Source: Nanobdellota archaeon
GTDB lineage: Archaea; Nanobdellota; Nanobdellia; Woesearchaeales; GW2011-AR4
Length of the DNA stretch: 64,000 nt
Direction: 5' to 3'
Assembly: GCA_038046385.1 (NCBI GenBank)
Contig: JBBSWH010000001.1
Span: forward strand, 39,382-103,381
The notes beneath the pieces were generated by a model, which searched no databases, was not told the origin of the DNA, and saw only the letters and a list, made by a program, of their open reading frames with translations. Shown here one piece after another: positions 62,051 through 64,000 of the stretch (position 1 is its first letter; the number at the start of each line of letters is the position of its first letter). A program made the position numbers and the translations under genes.

Positions 62051-62752
62051 TTATTTCGTCTTCAAAACTTTGCTTTCAAGATTGCCGTGGCATATCTTGT
62101 TTAATTTGTCGTAAAAGTCATTTTCAAGTCCGCCAGGGATTTCGACAACTGCAGTCCAGTTTCCGTTATCCTGCCACGCTTCCCTTAAGATTGTGGCAAA
62201 CTGCTTTATTGTGGCATAGCATTTTGGCGCGTATTCCGGCGTTATTTTGATTGCAATCTCTTTTATTTCAAACTTTATCGGAAGAACAACTCTTAATTTC
62301 TTCAAAGCTTCCTGCACTTGCTCCTGAACTGGCTTGAATTCATCAACATGTATCTTTGCTTCTTCAAAAGCGTTTTCTATTCTTTGCGCAGGATGCGGCA
62401 AATGGGTTTTTGGATCAACACCGTTTGTGTGGATTATGGTTATCATCTGCTTTCTTTTTTCTTTTCTTAATCCATCACGATATTCTTGCGTTAACTGTAT
62501 TTCTCCGTTTTGTATGATGATCTTTGCAACTTCCTCTGCGTCGCTTGTACCAAAAAGCTGCTTCATAGCAGTCTCAGAAGCTTCCAACCCTTTTCTTGCG
62601 TCAGAAAATATCCTTGAGGCAGCAAGCACATCGTGAACACTGATGCTTTTGCCTTCCCTTAATGCAAGAGCGCCCTGGCAGTCTACAAGTATTTCAAACT
62701 CGTGCCCATCTTTCTTTAATTTTGCTATGACTGCATGATCAACTGAAACCAT
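62051..62752 (-). CDS. SBDS-family ribosome maturation protein (Sdo1)
   Basis: 233 aa; conserved position between rrp4 and psmA. Confidence 0.8.
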   Translation of the reverse strand: MVSVDHAVIAKLKKDGHEFEILVDCQGALALREGKSISVHDVLAASRIFSDARKGLEASETAMKQLFGTSDAEEVAKIIIQNGEIQLTQEYRDGLRKEKRKQMITIIHTNGVDPKTHLPHPAQRIENAFEEAKIHVDEFKPVQEQVQEALKKLRVVLPIKFEIKEIAIKITPEYAPKCYATIKQFATILREAWQDNGNWTAVVEIPGGLENDFYDKLNKICHGNLESKVLKTK

Positions 62753-62756
62753 AAAC

Positions 62757-63509
62757 TCACTTCTTCACCAATTTTTTATCATCTTTCAATTCAGATGAAA
62801 TCTTTTCAAGCTTCTGTTTTGGAACTCTTTTGAATTTCTTTTCTGCTATTGTAATATAGGCTGCATCAACCCTTTCAACATTGTAGTTTTCACCCAAAAC
62901 CCTTTTCAGGGCTTTTAAGCAAAGCTTCAATCCGTTTTCAATTGTGATGTCTTGCTTGTATTCGCTGTGTAAAATTTCCTCAACTTCAATCTCCCCTTCT
63001 CCGATTGCAGTTGCCCTGTACTGGAAATAAATTCCGATAGGGTCTGTCTCGAACAATTTTGGAGTGTTGTCGTCAATCCCAGCTATCAACACAGAAACTC
63101 CGAATGGCCTTAACCCGCCGCTTTGTGTGCATACCTGCTTTAAATCGCAAATATCCTTTACAATTGACGATGTGTCAATTTCTGAATCATAAGTTACCCT
63201 GTTCTGTTGTGCTTTTAACTGGGCTCTGTCAATAAGGACGCGTGCATCGCTTAAAATACCTGATGCTGAAGCTCCAATATGATCGTCAATTTGCCATATC
63301 TTTTCTACGCTTTCAGGAACAACTAGGGTGTCAACTACTCTTTTGTCTGCAACCAGCAAGACTCCATCAGAGCATACAACTCCTATTGCAGTTGATCCCT
63401 GTCTCACTGTTTTTTTAGCGTATTCTACCTGTAGTAATCTTCCGTCTGGGCTGAACATGGTTATTGCCCTGTCATATCCCATCAACTGGTGTGGCATTGG
63501 TTGCTGCAT
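62757..63509 (-). CDS. psmA: Proteasome subunit alpha
   Basis: GYDRAITMFSPDGRLLQVEYA. Confidence 0.9.
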   Translation of the reverse strand: MQQPMPHQLMGYDRAITMFSPDGRLLQVEYAKKTVRQGSTAIGVVCSDGVLLVADKRVVDTLVVPESVEKIWQIDDHIGASASGILSDARVLIDRAQLKAQQNRVTYDSEIDTSSIVKDICDLKQVCTQSGGLRPFGVSVLIAGIDDNTPKLFETDPIGIYFQYRATAIGEGEIEVEEILHSEYKQDITIENGLKLCLKALKRVLGENYNVERVDAAYITIAEKKFKRVPKQKLEKISSELKDDKKLVKK

Positions 63510-63512
63510 TTT

Positions 63513-63887
63513 TTATTCATCCTCCGATTTTTTTAGATAGTTATTTTCTGCTTTTCTTAATATTCCTGAAACGCCAAGGCTTCTTATTATTACTTCCTTG
63601 TCGCCTATTCTGTCTGCAAACACGAATGATGCCTTGACAGCATCAACTTGTTTGTGATTGACTTTTAAGATGCCTCTTTGTTTTTCAGCATCCCACTTAT
63701 TTGCCAATGGCATTATGCCGGCGTCTGCCATGCTGAACATGCCGAGGCAATTGTGCGCTGCCCTCATTATTTCTTTTGAGACAGGCTCAAAGTCTGCTAT
63801 TTTGCCTTTTGAGATGACTTCGAAAGCGATGTAACGCTTCTTTTTCCTTAAACTTGGCAAAATAGGCTTTATCTTCGTTTTTACCAT
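63513..63887 (-). CDS. RNase P protein component Pop5 (Rpp14)
   Basis: LRKKKRYIAFEV...; first gene of the superoperon. Confidence 0.75.
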   Translation of the reverse strand: MVKTKIKPILPSLRKKKRYIAFEVISKGKIADFEPVSKEIMRAAHNCLGMFSMADAGIMPLANKWDAEKQRGILKVNHKQVDAVKASFVFADRIGDKEVIIRSLGVSGILRKAENNYLKKSEDE

Positions 63888-64000
63888 CCCAAATACGAGA
63901 AGAAATCATTATTGATTAACTCCGTTCTCTTCTCCCTGTTAATGTTAGAAATAGGCTAATACTATATAAAGTTTTGCTAAATTAAATTGATATTACTAAC

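Overview
AT-rich archaeal chromosomal segment. Gene content and order point to a small-genome, DPANN-like archaeon (inference). The evidence is the exosome/proteasome superoperon (pop5-psmA-SBDS-rrp4-rrp41-rrp42), class I LysRS, aIF-1A, S8e, Sm-L37e, EndoQ, Pth2, FtsZ, SRP54 and a partial AMP phosphorylase. All six tRNA genes carry introns; one intron sits in a D-loop and one tRNA has an unresolved fold. A ~9.4 kb integrase-bearing element is inserted in tRNA-Leu(UAA) (about 7404-16770). It carries RHH/wHTH regulators, membrane proteins, DUF3800, a YidD-like gene and a ~400 bp array of 11 short palindromes. The strongest signal is non-coding. (i) A two-hairpin mini-insertion family has 5 copies, each flanked by 14-27 bp duplications of a gene terminus: four tRNA 3' ends and the rpl37e start. 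(ii) A family of intergenic elements closed by 10-12 bp terminal inverted repeats lies just after stop codons, and the repeats differ between copies by compensatory changes. (iii) A GCGAAGC-hairpin repeat family. Unassigned gene modules include three tandem paralogs next to a surface protein, an Lrp-flanked stand-alone PEP-utilizer-type TIM barrel plus HemN-like radical SAM pair, a 259/343-aa gene pair, and several small compositionally atypical ORFs. No rRNA, CRISPR array or cas gene was seen.
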